From positions 48,794,001 to 48,858,000 of the forward strand of contig CM069140.1 in NCBI GenBank assembly GCA_035221665.1: a stretch of DNA of 64,000 nucleotides. Reading direction: 5' to 3'. The translations under genes and the position numbers were made by a program. Below are positions 24,546 to 37,482 of the stretch, one piece after another. The number at the start of each line of letters is the position of its first letter. Position 1 is the first letter of the stretch. Source of the DNA: Okamejei kenojei. Its lineage: Eukaryota. The notes below the pieces were generated by a model. It saw only the letters and a program-made list of their open reading frames with translations. It was not told where the DNA came from and made no database searches.

Positions 24546-25661
24546 GTGTGTTTTTGTTTCTTATTTCATTCACTTTCTTTCTTTTGTTTAATTAAACCTG
24601 AAATCAGCTTTTTTTTTCGTTTACAAGCTTGCAGAAATAAACTGTAGGTTAATTTGAGACTCTTCAGGCATGTTGAATTACTGAACACTGCTGTTTTATG
24701 GAGGTGTAGTAGTCGGCATTGGCATCAGTTTTGAACACTTTCATTGATAGACTATCTTCTGACAGAAGAGGTGCAATTCATCAGCAGTCAGACTACTTCG
24801 TGAAATTCATGCCAAAATTTGGCATGGTTTCATAATGTTTTGTGCTGTTTGTATTTTGTAGCCAGATGAGATTTAAGCATGTGCCAAGTGTCTAGAAAGT
24901 AATGAGGGAGTTTTGGAAAGGACATTATGGACGAGATCTAAACTGAATCAGTTTATGACCTTGTGCAGCTAAACTGGTCATGCAACAGTGTGGACAGTGG
25001 TATTGCTTGAGTTGTGATCACAGCACCTGCGAGTAAATTGTGTCCTTCAGAGAAACCGTGTTATCGAACATCAAACCAATGTGTCAGTAAACTACAGTTG
25101 TAAAGGTCACTGGTACGTTCAGAATAATGCTCTTTCTTTCTCATTTGCACGTTTAGCTGTGCCTGATCATTATTGATTCATGTATTCTACATTGAGGTCA
25201 GAGATGGCTCTATTCACTGTTCGTTCAGGAATTGATGATCTGTGATGCATTTCTATTTATAAGTAGAATTCCTGTTTTTTATTCACTTGCGTAATTAACA
25301 TTTCATAGAGAGTATTAAAAAAAATGTAATCCCATTTTTATTTTGGGGAATAAATGTATTTATCTTTCTTCCAGCTGATTGTCATTCCGTGCACAGTCCC
25401 TATTTTAAACAAAATATTTCACTCCCTTCCTGTGCAGAAATGTGCCCCAATATTGGATTGTTTGAGGACATGCTCCATAGGGAATCAAAGGCAGGAGTTC
25501 CATATTATCAACATCTAGCCTTCTGTAGCATGGCCTTTTAGTACACCACCAAACCACCCTTGTGGTAACTGAGGCAGCAAATGAAGAACAGTCTCAGTAA
25601 TAAGGGTTTGGTAATCATCCATTTATGAATGATTTAATGAAGCTTTGTATCTGATTCCCAG

Positions 25662-25728
25662 GCTCTCAAAAGGAAGCCAGATTTGTTTTTAGCAGAGAAC
25701 TGTGATGTGAAAGCATTGTTTCAGTGTG
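25662..25728 (+). CDS. IPO13: Importin-13 exon (ALKRKPDLFLAENCDVKALFQC)
   Basis: cccag/gtaag, 67 bp. Confidence 0.95.
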
Positions 25729-25915
25729 GTAAGTATTAGAAGTGTTTAGTGTTGACTTCACGATTTTTAAGCATTTTGATTTTAGTTTGTGCTGTTGCAG
25801 TTTAAAAAGATTAAATTTAAGTGACAAAATATGATCAAACGTGGATTATTTGTCTGTTTCTTTGTCACTGACATCATGTTCTCATTTAATATTTCCCTAC
25901 AATGCTTCCATGTAG

Positions 25916-26170
25916 GGCAGCACAGTGGCTGATAGAGCTGCTGCCTCAGAGTGCCAGACACCCAGGTTCAATCCTGACCTCGGCTGCTGCCTATGTAGAG
26001 TTTGCATGTTCTCCCTGTGTCTGCATGGGTTTCCTCCGGGTTGTCTGGTTTTCCCCATAAACCTGACATGCGATTTGTAGGTTAATCAGTGTCTGTCAAT
26101 TCCCCTTGTATGTAGGGAGTTGATGTGAAAGTGGGATGACGTAGAACTACTGTGAATGGATGATCTCTAA
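25916..26170 (+). mobile_element. tRNA-derived V-SINE (HE1-like)
   Basis: A/B-box-like head (ggttcaatcc), core gagtttgcatgttctccctgtg. Confidence 0.7.
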
Positions 26171-27413
26171 ACACTTATAATGTTGTTTTTGTCCGTGAAC
26201 AAACCTTGCCAGAATTGCCACAGTCTTTCAATCATCTCCAATGAGTAACATGCAAATTATCATCTATTATATGCCATTGTAGGTATGTGTACATTAAAAG
26301 TATTTTTAGACTGTTTGATTTTGAAGTAGCAGAAGATGAGTTAACAAGATCACCAGTATTTGGTAAAGTCAATTTATCCTTGCTTGTGAGAACAGTTTAA
26401 TTTTCTCTTTTTTTTTAAAATAAGGAGTATTTAGTTTATTTTTCAAAGGAAAATTTAATATTTGAAGTTATTACTGATTCAGGTTCCCTCGCCCTTTCAG
26501 ACAAAATATGTCTGATCATATCTATTCTCTTGTTCAATTTATCAATTATCTGAAATTTGTGTCCTCGGTTACTGATCCTCAGAGTTTCTCCTTATTGTGT
26601 CAAAATCTTTGATAAATATAAATGATAATAATACATTTTTTGCTGTAAGAGATATTCTCAACCTCTTGGCTCTTCGTGTAATCTTGTATTCATGGTTGCA
26701 TTCCCCTTGGCACTCCTTTGGCTTCAACATAATCTCCTAACGTGTGATTACTGAAATAAACATTACTGATATCCAATACTCCAACTAAGACTTAATGTGG
26801 GATCTAGATTGTTTTGCGTGACGTCCCTGTTTTTGTACACCTTTTCTCTTCAAAGCCCAAGATCCCATAATTTTTCAGATTTTTTTTCGTTGTACACTAC
26901 TCCCAAACTGAAAAAGCAGTTTACTGAAATGTATCATTCCTCAACAATGTAAGCTACTCAAGAAATGCAGAATAATTTGTAATAGCAGCAAAGGTTTACA
27001 GATTTTCGGTGTTTTCACAGGGTTGACTAACTTCAGCACATTATTTTTCCACAGTTGAGCCACATTACAAACAGTTCATGAGAACATCAGAAAATAGGAG
27101 CAGGAGAAGGCCACTCGGCCCCACAAGCCAGCTCTGCCTGGCAATATGATCGTGGCCGATCTGCCTCGCGCCACGTTTCCTTTTCTGTGCCAATTTCCCT
27201 TAGTCCAAAATTTCTTGACCTTTCGGAAGTGTATCTCCTTCCTCTTTAAGCATCCCACCCCCGTGACTAAATGTCATTGTATCAATAAATGTATTTAATT
27301 GCTCATTAATTGCTGCACTCAGGTGAGCAATACATGGATATTGACTTTTTATACATGTGTCTGCTTGCGATAGATAATCTTTGTAACCTACAATTAATCT
27401 AATCTATTCCTAG

Positions 27414-27472
27414 GGATTATCTCTTTGAAATTTCCAGAAGCACCAACAGTCAAAGCAACATGCATGTTCTTT
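27414..27472 (+). CDS. IPO13: Importin-13 exon (GIISLKFPEAPTVKATCMFF)
   Basis: cctag/gtaag, 59 bp. Confidence 0.95.
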
Positions 27473-28229
27473 GTAAGTATACTTTGTGTCAACATGTGTA
27501 CAGGAGCTATGTTGAAATTCATTTAATTAATCACCGTCTTTGCCAGTTATAGCAGCTTTATCTGATAATGACAGTAAATTCACTGAAATTGTTTCCTTTG
27601 CAGTATTATGTTTACCATTAAAACAGTTATGTGAGGTGTTACAATATTATGTAACTACCATCACATATGTAATGTCTTAACAAAAATATAAAAATCGGCT
27701 GTAACATTGTGTCAAATGCAAAATTTCCCTTTTTTATTTTCAACTACTTGTTGACTCATATTTTAATTAGCCAGAATGATAGTTCTTGATGTGCATTTAA
27801 TGATGATCTTGACTGCGGGGAGCAGTCACAGTCATAGCTGACTCAATATCCATTTGATAGACAACAAATACTGGATGCTGGTTTAATTCGAAGATAGACG
27901 CAAAATCTTGGATTTAAACCAACATCTGTAGTTCTTTCCTACTCAATATCCACGGTCTGCAAGTGGAAAGTATTCAGGAATTGGTGTTGACATTCCATGG
28001 GTTCTGTGGTTCATTCTTCACCCCCAAGCAGTTTCAGTGCTGCCCCAGATTAACAGATTGAATAATTTCTGCAGTATGTGCTGTTAGGTGCCTTGTTATC
28101 AGGGAAGGAGTGTTTCCCATTAATTCTATATTGGAGCCATTTATGTTTAGACTAGCTACTGTCTGCATATTATATTATTTTGTCTAGATATATCTTGCAG
28201 TATTATTTTGGACACTTGGGGCGGTCATT

Positions 28230-28374
28230 NNNNNNNNNNNNNNNNNNNNNNNNNNNNNNNNNNNNNNNNNNNNNNNNNNNNNNNNNNNNNNNNNNNNNNN
28301 NNNNNNNNNNNNNNNNNNNNNNNNNNNNNNNNNNNNNNNNNNNNNNNNNNNNNNNNNNNNNNNNNNNNNNNNNN
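28230..28374. other. Assembly gap (145 N)
   Basis: N run. Confidence 1.
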
Positions 28375-29407
28375 TAAAAGTACATTAATACATGTACCTT
28401 TTCAAGCTACTCACCATGTTAAAAATCCAAGATGTCTTGCTCTATTTTTCCAGCCTCTCACTCGTTTTCTCGCTCTTTCTCCCCAGTTCCTGGGATTTTG
28501 CCATTTCTTTCTCCTGCTATGAACTCCATAATCATCATCCCCTACCTTTCTAACCATTCTCTCTATAACCTGATTCCTTTGATTTTGTATTTTCTTTCTC
28601 GTGCCTCTCTCCCACCTGCAGATACACACACATTCAACTACCCTGCAAGAAACTTGTAAGTCAAGTGGATTGCTGTTGAAATACCTGATCTCCACTGAGA
28701 TGAGATTTTAGTTCCCTAGGACTTTAATTGTTATAATATTAAACATAATTTGTTATATTTTCATAAACTGAGGGCACTACCCAAATTAGTCAATTACATC
28801 ATTGCTAAAATTTGTAAATAAAACTTTTGTGAATTGAAGAAAGAAACACTAAATAGAATGTTTCTTTGTGTCATGTGTATATTTTTCATCTGATGGGTCA
28901 TTGATCAGAAATCTTTTTCTTACCCTACAGATGATGTCTCACTTGCTGGATATTTCCAGCATGTTCTGTTCTTATTTCTGATTTCTAACATCTGCAACTG
29001 CTTTATTTATAAATCTTTGCATCAAGTTGTTGGCATATTTGATTACAAGAATTGTAGTTAATCAAAAATCATTTGGATGTTAGTAGAACAAGTAATTAAC
29101 CTTTTTAATTTGCCCCAGTTTTTATATAAACAATTTTGGATTAATGTTTCACTATTTTAAGTGCTTTTTATTGATTTTTACATTGTATATTTCGATTCAA
29201 ATTTTAAAACATAAAATCCCCATAACTGTTTAGTGATTTCATATTATTTTCTGACAACTTGTTTTTTGTAAAATAGTTTTAAAATTACAATTTTGATTTT
29301 ACACTTGTTTAAAGTCTTTTGGTATATTAGAAATTATTTAACTAGTATGCAGTATAATTAGTGAATCTATATATTAAATATTCCATCAGAATTTAACAAG
29401 CAGGGTA

Positions 29408-29434
<27 letters not shown>
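29408..29434. repeat. (GT)n microsatellite
   Basis: Direct reading. Confidence 0.95.
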
Positions 29435-29438
<4 letters not shown>

Positions 29439-29857
29439 AGTAAGCAACTCCAGTATGCAGTAAGCTCTTTGTAGATGGTGGTGTAAAATTCAGAAAGATT
29501 ATCAATTGCTCTGGGGTACTGAAAATCAAGTTGAGTGGAAATTTTGTTCAAATAGGAAATTGCCCTCTTTCACTTCCAACCAACTGGTCTAACCCTTCTA
29601 CATTAAATTTCACTGCCATTTAATGTTTATAATGTTGGTGCAGAATGCTTTTATAATGTATATCTTTCAAAAATATGCATAGGCATAGTACCTACTCTTT
29701 TTCATATTTATCTTTGCCATATAATAAATAGTAGCACTAATCCATTGGACTGATTTTCAGTGGTGATGACTAGCAAAATTATATAGAATTAAAACCAATT
29801 TACAATCTTACATATATTGAAGAATTTTTATTATTTTTTCCACGTCATTTTTGCTAG

Positions 29858-29947
29858 ACTGAGCTCCTACCGCGATGTCGGGAGATACAGCCTATCGGCC
29901 TGGTCGTCCATGAGAATGGAAAGCTGTTGCTACAAGCTACTCTGGAA
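29858..29947 (+). CDS. IPO13: Importin-13 exon (TELLPRCREIQPIGLVVHENGKLLLQATLE)
   Basis: gctag/gtatg, 90 bp. Confidence 0.93.
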
Positions 29948-30664
29948 GTATGTTAACATCTAAAGTGGTAATAGGATGAAAACTGACATTAACAGGGGGC
30001 AAATTGTTTCCATGACATTTTATTTAAAGTTATTAGTTTCCAAAAAAAATTGGTATGGCATGGACAAATGAGAAATAGATGCATGAAGCAGTGTTAGACT
30101 GTGAATTTTGGTTTTGAGAAACACGAAACGTGCAAAATGTGATATTGTTCAAAAGAATGGCGCAATTACCTTAGTAGAAGACAATGTCCAGTTTCTCCTT
30201 TATGTATGATATTGGTGTCCTTTCTGCATAACCCAAGTCGTGCCCCACAGAAACTGATCTTTTGGCCCATTATGTCCATGCAGATAATTAATTCCTCATC
30301 TTCTCTAATCCTGGCACTGGGTCTGTAGCCAGGGCAATTCATGTATTCATCGAGACAGAATACCCACTTCAGCCTTCCACTAGGAAAGTGTATAACAGAT
30401 ACTCTGGCTGAAGAAATTGTATAAAGTTGTATTATAACATTCTTGCTCATATATTCTCTGCTTCTGCTAGTAAAATATAGTATTCTATACACCTTCATCT
30501 TATCTACTTTCTCTGTCACCTTCCGGAATCCTTGCACTTAAACACCAAGGTCCCTCTGTTCCTACAATTCATTTTGTTAATGATGATGCTGCCTGTCCCA
30601 CTGAGGTACTCCAGTATTTTGTGTCTACCTTTGTGGTAAAGCAGCATCTGCAGTTCCTTCCTGT

Positions 30665-31290
30665 ATATTGAGTATAGATGTTGGGAGGTAATGTTAAAGT
30701 TGTACATGACATTGGTGAGGCCACATTTAGAGTATTGTGTTCAGTTTTGGTCACCCTGTTATAGGAAATATGTTGTTAAGCCTGAAAGGGTGCAGAGATT
30801 CATGCAGATGTTGCCAGAACTACAGCCTGAGCTATATGGAAAGGTTGAGCAGACTAGGACTTTGTTCCTTGGAGCACAGGAGGATGGTGGGTGGTCTTAT
30901 AGAGGTGTATAAAATCATGACAGGAATAAATAATGTAAATGCACAGTCTTTGACCCATAGTAGTGGAATCGAGAACCAGAGGACATTGGTTTAATGTGAG
31001 AGGTCCGACCGGCAGCTCCATTTCTCCCATGTGGTCAGACAGGTGCTGCAGTTCCTGCAGGTGTAGTCCTCGGAGATGATGGAAGTTTCCCTAATTTCCC
31101 ACATCCTGCAGGAGGAGCATACCAGGAGGAGTGCGTTCTAATCTTGCTGTCAACCTCTTCTCTGCCTCCTTGCAGAAACCTCACGAGCCAAAACCTCAGC
31201 ACTTGCGCTCAGAAATAGAACCTCGCCTCATCTCAACACCCAGCCTCTCCAACACAGCCACTCCCAACAGGCCACTCCGTTAGTGGTTGC
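30665..31290. mobile_element. CR1 fragments: + strand ORF2 3' part, then - strand ORF1 N-terminal zinc finger (~31003-31120)
   Basis: [19 protein letters not shown]; minus-strand CSSCRMWE..DYTCRNC. Confidence 0.7.
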
Positions 31291-31557
31291 CTTCCTATTA
31301 TACAGCACTGGTAGCAGTCATACTGGGACACTGATGTGCTTTTTAAATCTTCTACACTGCTCCTCCTCTGAACAGCTCACTCACCCACAAGTAAAAGTAA
31401 CCTGGCCTCACACTAATGGCTGCTTTTTATATCTTGTACCATTTAAATGATCAATTATAATTGTAGTTGGAGCTCTAAAGTAATGCAAAGCATTTTAGTA
31501 GGGGTCCTTTTTAATCCCTTCATTGATAGTATTAACTTGGTTGTTTATGTTGGCCAG

Positions 31558-31739
31558 GCTATTGGTGGACAAGCCCCAAGGAATTTAATGGATCACTTTG
31601 CTGAGATACTGTTTGCTTTGAACAAGCATTGTGTTACCTACTTGAGCATTTGGTTAAAGGAAGTGATGCAGCAACAGAATTTTCCATCAAGCCGCCTTAC
31701 TCAAGCACAAAAAGAAACATTTAGTCAACAAATTTTAAG
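31558..31739 (+). CDS. IPO13: Importin-13 penultimate exon (AIGGQAPRNLMDHFAEILFALNKH...FSQQIL)
   Basis: gccag/gtatg, 182 bp, phase 2. Confidence 0.95.
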
Positions 31740-32014
31740 GTATGTATCTTCAAAATGCATGGGGCAAAGCAAACTCCTATTGGGAAATAAATGTTTTATA
31801 ATATCTTAGTGCAAGCCTTTTTTTGTAAGCTTGTGTATTTTGAGTCGAAATAGTTTGTATTTCCCAAAGACAATTCCCAAAATTAGGTAACTCATAAAAA
31901 TTCATTTTACCAGATGCCACAAAGCAATCTCCTGCAGTGACTTACAATGGAAGTACATTGCAAAGAAACTGGTTGGGTAAATATTGCACTAACTTTATTT
32001 TAAACTGTCCAATA

Positions 32015-34398
32015 CAGTAAATCCTCATTTTAACAGTCTCCTTCAGTTACAGCGGATGGACCTGCTGACGCCACCCCCAGCTTACAAGGTGCACCAGCAA
32101 GCCCCTTTTTTACCCACCGCATGGTCCGATTGACACGACTATAGTTGCGACTCATGTTGTAGCCCGAGGACACAGACAGCATGCGCAGGTTCCCTTCCCT
32201 CTCACCAGCTGCAACTTCGTCCTGTTGGAGATAGCTTTGTCTGCTCCTCACTCCACCACTGCTACCACCTCCTTCTCCCGTCGCTCTTCCCACTTGGCCT
32301 CTCTTCCCTCTTCAACGGCGGCGCCGCCTCCTTAACCCACAAAGTCGCAGACGAACTCCTTGGAAGATGTCGGTGACTGAGCGCATCTTGCTGATGGCAG
32401 TGGCCTGATTAAAGCGCTGCCACCCAGGGGCCACGTCAACAACAGCCACGGCAACTGGACTGTGCGGCGCGTGAAGAAGGGCTCACTGGTGCATACTAGC
32501 AGCATTGGCACCTGGCTTTAAGGTGAAACGACACAATGTGCTGGTGTAACTCAACAGGCTGAATGAGTCTGAAGAAAAGTCAGAACATCACCTATCCATG
32601 ATCTCCAGAGATGCTGCCTGACCCGCTGAGTTACTCTAGCACTTTGCGTCCTTTTGAGCATTAACCATCATTTGCTTCTGTTTGTTTCTTCTACATACAA
32701 TGATAGAAGCAGGCACGTGCCGTGAGTAATTACTCAGGGTAGGCAGTCAGCAGGCTTTAAAAAAAAATCTTAAACCGCGCATGCGCAGATTGTTCTCTTC
32801 GTAAAAAATAAAAAATAAGTAACAATTCAATTTCCCCAAGGCTTCTCAATCTCCTTCATTTATTAATTACTGAATGGGTGTGGGATGGAGGATGAAGGCA
32901 GGTGGAGAGATGGCGGGAAAAACGGGAGCACACCGGGACGTTGAACCAGTTGTCATATTATTGAATGGCAAGGGTCCATTTGGAGGGAGAGTTCCTTTCA
33001 CAGCATGTGGAGAGTCTCTGCCAGGGGTTAAAGATGCGAGAAGGCAGAAGTGTTGAAAAGGAGAGGGTCGAAGATCATATCAGACTCACTCACCGCTGCC
33101 GCAGCGCTCCGGACACGGACAGCAGAACTGGCCACCACTTCCGGGGATAGAAGGAGCTTGGGTCGACACCAGAACCGGCTGCCCTTCAGCGCCTTCCGAT
33201 CACCTCTGGCAGTTCTCTTCGTCTGAACATCTCTCACCTGCTGCTCGCCGGCTTCGCTCATGTCAACCGCGTCCCGCAAATTCTTAAATTCCCACAGCCA
33301 AGTAACCTCAACTGGTCCCGTAAACGCGCTGTCGGAATTTAAAGATTTGCGGGAAGCCGGCCGGCAAGCGGCAGGTGAGAGATGTTCAGACGGAGAGCAC
33401 AGCCAGAGGTGAGCGGGGACCAGCAGAAGGGGCTGAAGTGGCAGGGTCCCGGCGGCCGCTCAAAGTCAGTCACCCGAGCTGCTTCCTTCCTCGGAAGTGG
33501 CGGTCAGTTGTGCTGTCCGTGCCCGGAGTGCTGCGGCAGCCACCCAAGCTAATTCACTCCACGGCCGCAATAAAACCATATAGCAATTGCAGCACGGAAA
33601 CAGGCCTTCTCGGCCCTTTGAGTCCGTGCCGAACACTTACTCTCACCTAGTCCCATCTACCTGCACTCAGACCGGAGTGTGACAAGTGGGTTACTGACCC
33701 CGAACCTCTCCTTCACAAAGCCAGATTCCCCAAACACTGTGAACGGAGCTCTCCCCCCACCCTGGGAAATACAGCATTTAAAAACATAAAGCACCAAGAA
33801 ATGCACTTACCACGTTATTGGTAGATTAAGTCCATTCTTCACTCTTTGTTTCCTGAGAAACTATTAAAATAATGACATATTCAAAAATCCCGCCAAGAAA
33901 CTCGCGCTGGGCATGTGCAGTATACTGCTGCGCCTGCGCAGTACTGCAAAGGCAGAATTTCTGCTGCCTTCAGCTCCCCTTAAAACTGATGGCTCAGGCA
34001 GCGCTGACGGCACGTGGGCTGCACAGAGATTCAAGGGTTACAAGCGCTGCGGATGAAAGGCACGGAGAATGATGCCAACCTAGGAGATCGATCTCTTACA
34101 TAGGCATAATTCTCCCATGCCTTTACTATTTATATTTAATAATTACCATTTCATAATTTTAGTCAGGGTAGGTACTGCCTACCTTGCCTACCCTGACGGC
34201 ATGTGCCTGGATAGAAGGGTCTTGACCCAAAATGTCACCCATTCCTTCTCTCCAGAGATGCTGCCTGTCCCACTGAGTTAATCCAGTTTATAGTGTCTAC
34301 ATACAATGATAATACCTTACTCGGTTATAGGGGACAATTGGCAATAACGGACATCATTCTCCCCCCTCCCAATAGTCCATTATAATGAGGGTTTACTG
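32015..34398. mobile_element. TcMar/pogo-type non-autonomous element hosting nested insertions
   Basis: TIRs cagtaaatcctcattttaa / ttataatgagggtttactg flanked by TA. Confidence 0.7.
32710..34209. mobile_element. Non-autonomous hAT transposon, 1.5 kb
   Basis: 14-bp TIR caggcacgtgccgt/acggcatgtgcctg; perfect 8-bp TSD gatagaag. Confidence 0.85.
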
Positions 34399-35029
34399 TA
34401 TATTTAATATACTTGTTCAATTTGTAAATAGATATAGAAAATTAATGCATTTTGCGCTTCTGTGTTATACTGGTATAGGTCAATCCATCCACCTATGGGA
34501 TGTTTGCCAAAGTAACTTGTTTCTTTTTATTTTGAAGAATTTCCTTTTTTTATGTGGCTTTCATATAATCACTGTACAAAGTGCAACAAGAGATGTTTTT
34601 ATTCATATCAATACTCGTTGTCATGGTGCCTGTAATATGTGCAGTACTTTGCATGCAAAGTGGGTAGATAGTCAATTGTATTGCAATTGACAATACTTGG
34701 AATTGATCCAATTCCATTTAAACGTTTAATTCAACAAATGTTTCACAAAAGATTATTCTGCCTTCAAAGAAGCACTTTGTATATTGTAAACCAGATTTTC
34801 ACTCCTAGTACATGTTTGTTGATGGGCAATGGGGCAGTGAGCCAAGCTTTCCAAGAATGCTAAATGCCTTTTCATTCATTGGAAATATGGCCAGAATCTT
34901 CTGAGCATATATAATTACATTCATATAAGCAGTCTTCACATTGGGCTTCTCTGTAAAAGTATTGTAACAGTTTTTTTGTGTTTGTGCTAGGAAGGTGACT
35001 TTTCTGTAGAAATGCATCTTCAATTTGGA

Positions 35030-37128
35030 ATTGAAGAATACGTGAAGGCCACGGCAGGTGGGAATAAGGCACCCTGATGATGAGAAATTGAAGCTCTAGT
35101 CAGGAAAAAAGGAGGCAGGCTTAGACCAAGTGTAACACTGGAGGAGTATAGAGGATTGAAAAAAGAAGTTAGGAGGGTAAAATGGGGGCATGAAATGGCC
35201 CTGGCAAATAAGATTAAGAAGAATCCCCCCCAAAAAAAATTATTAAGGGGAAAAGAATAACTAGAGAGGGAATAGGGACCCCTCAGAAACCAGTGGTCAT
35301 CTATGCATGGAGCCAAAGGAGATGGGTAAAGTCCTCAATAAATATTTCTCCTTTGTTTTTACCACAAAGAAAGACATGAAGGATGGGACAGTTAAAGGAG
35401 ATGTCTTGTGACAGTCAATAGTACAGCCGAGCAGCTGTTGGACATCCTAAGACATATGAAGGTATATCAAATTGGGCCTGATCTGATATATGCAGGGATA
35501 CTATGGGAAGACAGGGATGAAATTGTAGTAGTCCTGGTTGAAATATATGAATCATTGTTAGATACTGGTGAGATGACTGGAGGGTGGCTGATGTTGTGCT
35601 TTTATGGCTTTTATGAAAGGCTGCAAAGATAATCCTGGGAACTATAGACCAGTAAACCTATAATCTGTGGTCAGAAAGTAACTGGAGAGGATTCTGAGGG
35701 ATAGGATGCATATGCATGTGGTAAGACATGGGCGCCACGGTGGCACAGCAGTAAAGTTGCTGCCTTATATCACTTGCAGTGCCCGACACCCGGGTTCGAT
35801 CCTGTCTACGGGTGCTGTCTGTACAGAATTTGTACATTCTCCCCATGACCCCGTGGGTTTTCGCCAAAATCTTTGGTGTCCTCCCACACTCCAAAGGCGT
35901 ACATGTTTGTAGGTTAATTGGCTTGGTATAAGTGTAAATTGACCCTAGTATGTGTAGAATAATGTAAAATGTGCAGGGATCGCTGGTGGTGCGGACTCGG
36001 CGGGCCAAAGGGCCTGTTTCCGTGCTGTATCTCTAAACCAAACTAAAAGATAAGGGTTAATTGGAGATAACCAGCATGGTTTTCTGCATGGGAGACATTG
36101 TCTCATAAATTTGATGAGATTTTTTTGAAGAAGTAACTAAGAAGGTTGATGACAGGACTATAGATGTAGTCAATATAGACTTTAGCGAGGTATTGGATAA
36201 GGCTCCTCGTGGTAGGCTGCTCTGGAAGGTTAGATTTCATGGGATCTTGAGGATACCTCACCATATATCACTATAAAGTATTGGTTTCATGGTAGGAAAC
36301 AGTGAGTGATAGTGGAAGGTTGTTTTTCCCATCTAATATAGTCCCATTGGAGGCCTATGACTAGTATGCCTCAGGGATTAGTGCTGGGTCTATTGCTGTT
36401 TTTTTTTCCAATTATACCAACAATTTGGATGAGAATACAAAATGCATGGTTAGTAGGTTTTCAGATGACTCTAAAATAGGTGGAATTGTAAACAGTGAGA
36501 ATGGCTATTAAGGATTACAGTCTCGGATCTCGGATTATCTGGGAAAATGGGCTGACGGATTTCAAATGCGTTTAATTCAGAAAAGTGTGAGGTATTGTGT
36601 TTTGGGAAGTCAAATCAGGGATGGACCTTCACAGTGAACAGCAGGCCCCTGGGAGTGTTGTAGAGCAGAGGTGTCTAGGTGTGCACGTGCATAATTCTTT
36701 AAGTGGTGTCACAGGTGTGAAGAAGGCTGTTGGTACACTGGCCTTCATCAATCAGGAAATTGAGTATAAAGATTGCGACATAATATTACAGTAGTGTAAG
36801 ATATTGATGAAGCCACACTTGGAGTATTTTGTTCTGTTGTGGTCACCCTGCCATAGGAAAGATGCCATTAAGCTGGAAATAATCCAGAGAAGATTTAAAA
36901 GGATGTTTCCAGGATTTGAGGTCCTGAGCTATTGGGAGTGGTTTGGCAGACTAAGACATTATACCTTGGAACACAGGATGCTGAGAAGTGATCTTATAGA
37001 GATGTATAATCGATAGGGTGAATGCACAGTTTTTTTTCCCCAAGGTAAGGGAACCAAGAACCAGAGGATAGAGGCAGTTATAATAACAACATTTAAAAGC
37101 TAATTGCACAGGTACATGGATGGAAATG
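35030..37128 (+). mobile_element. Old CR1-like LINE ORF2 remnant, interrupted by a SINE
   Basis: NYRPV, QHGF, PQGLVLG, FSDD and KPHLEYF remnants. Confidence 0.8.
35730..36048 (+). mobile_element. tRNA-derived V-SINE (HE1-like) with CR1-type tail
   Basis: ggtggcacagcagt A box, ggttcgatcc B box, gggcctgtttccgtgctgtat tail. Confidence 0.8.
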
Positions 37129-37136
37129 GTTTAGAA

Positions 37137-37482
37137 CAGGGGTCGGCAATCTGCGGGCCATGGGCCGAATCTGACCCGTAACCCGAAATCATCTGGCCCG
37201 CAGGCATATTTCTTTTTTAATTTGTTTTCACGACCTGGACGCTACAGCCAGTCCCAGGGCTCGCAGGCGACCTGGGAACTGCAGGAAACTAATAGAAAAA
37301 CATGTGAAAACTATATTATTAATATGTATTATTACTAATTTGTGTATTATTAGTATGTATTATTACTAGTTTAGTATGTATTATTATTACCTCCATTTAT
37401 TAACTATGGTGATAGATGTGTCCCGCCATTTGCTCACAAACATTGGTATTCGGTCCTATGCAAAAATGGTTGTCGACCCCTG
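37137..37482. mobile_element. hAT-Charlie-type MITE
   Basis: TIR caggggtcggcaa/ttgtcgacccctg; 8-bp TSD gtttagaa. Confidence 0.88.

Noticed and set aside
35730-35810. tRNA-like A/B boxes (also ~25916 and ~48656)
   Set aside because: SINE heads; no complete cloverleaf, and they continue into SINE core or other repeats
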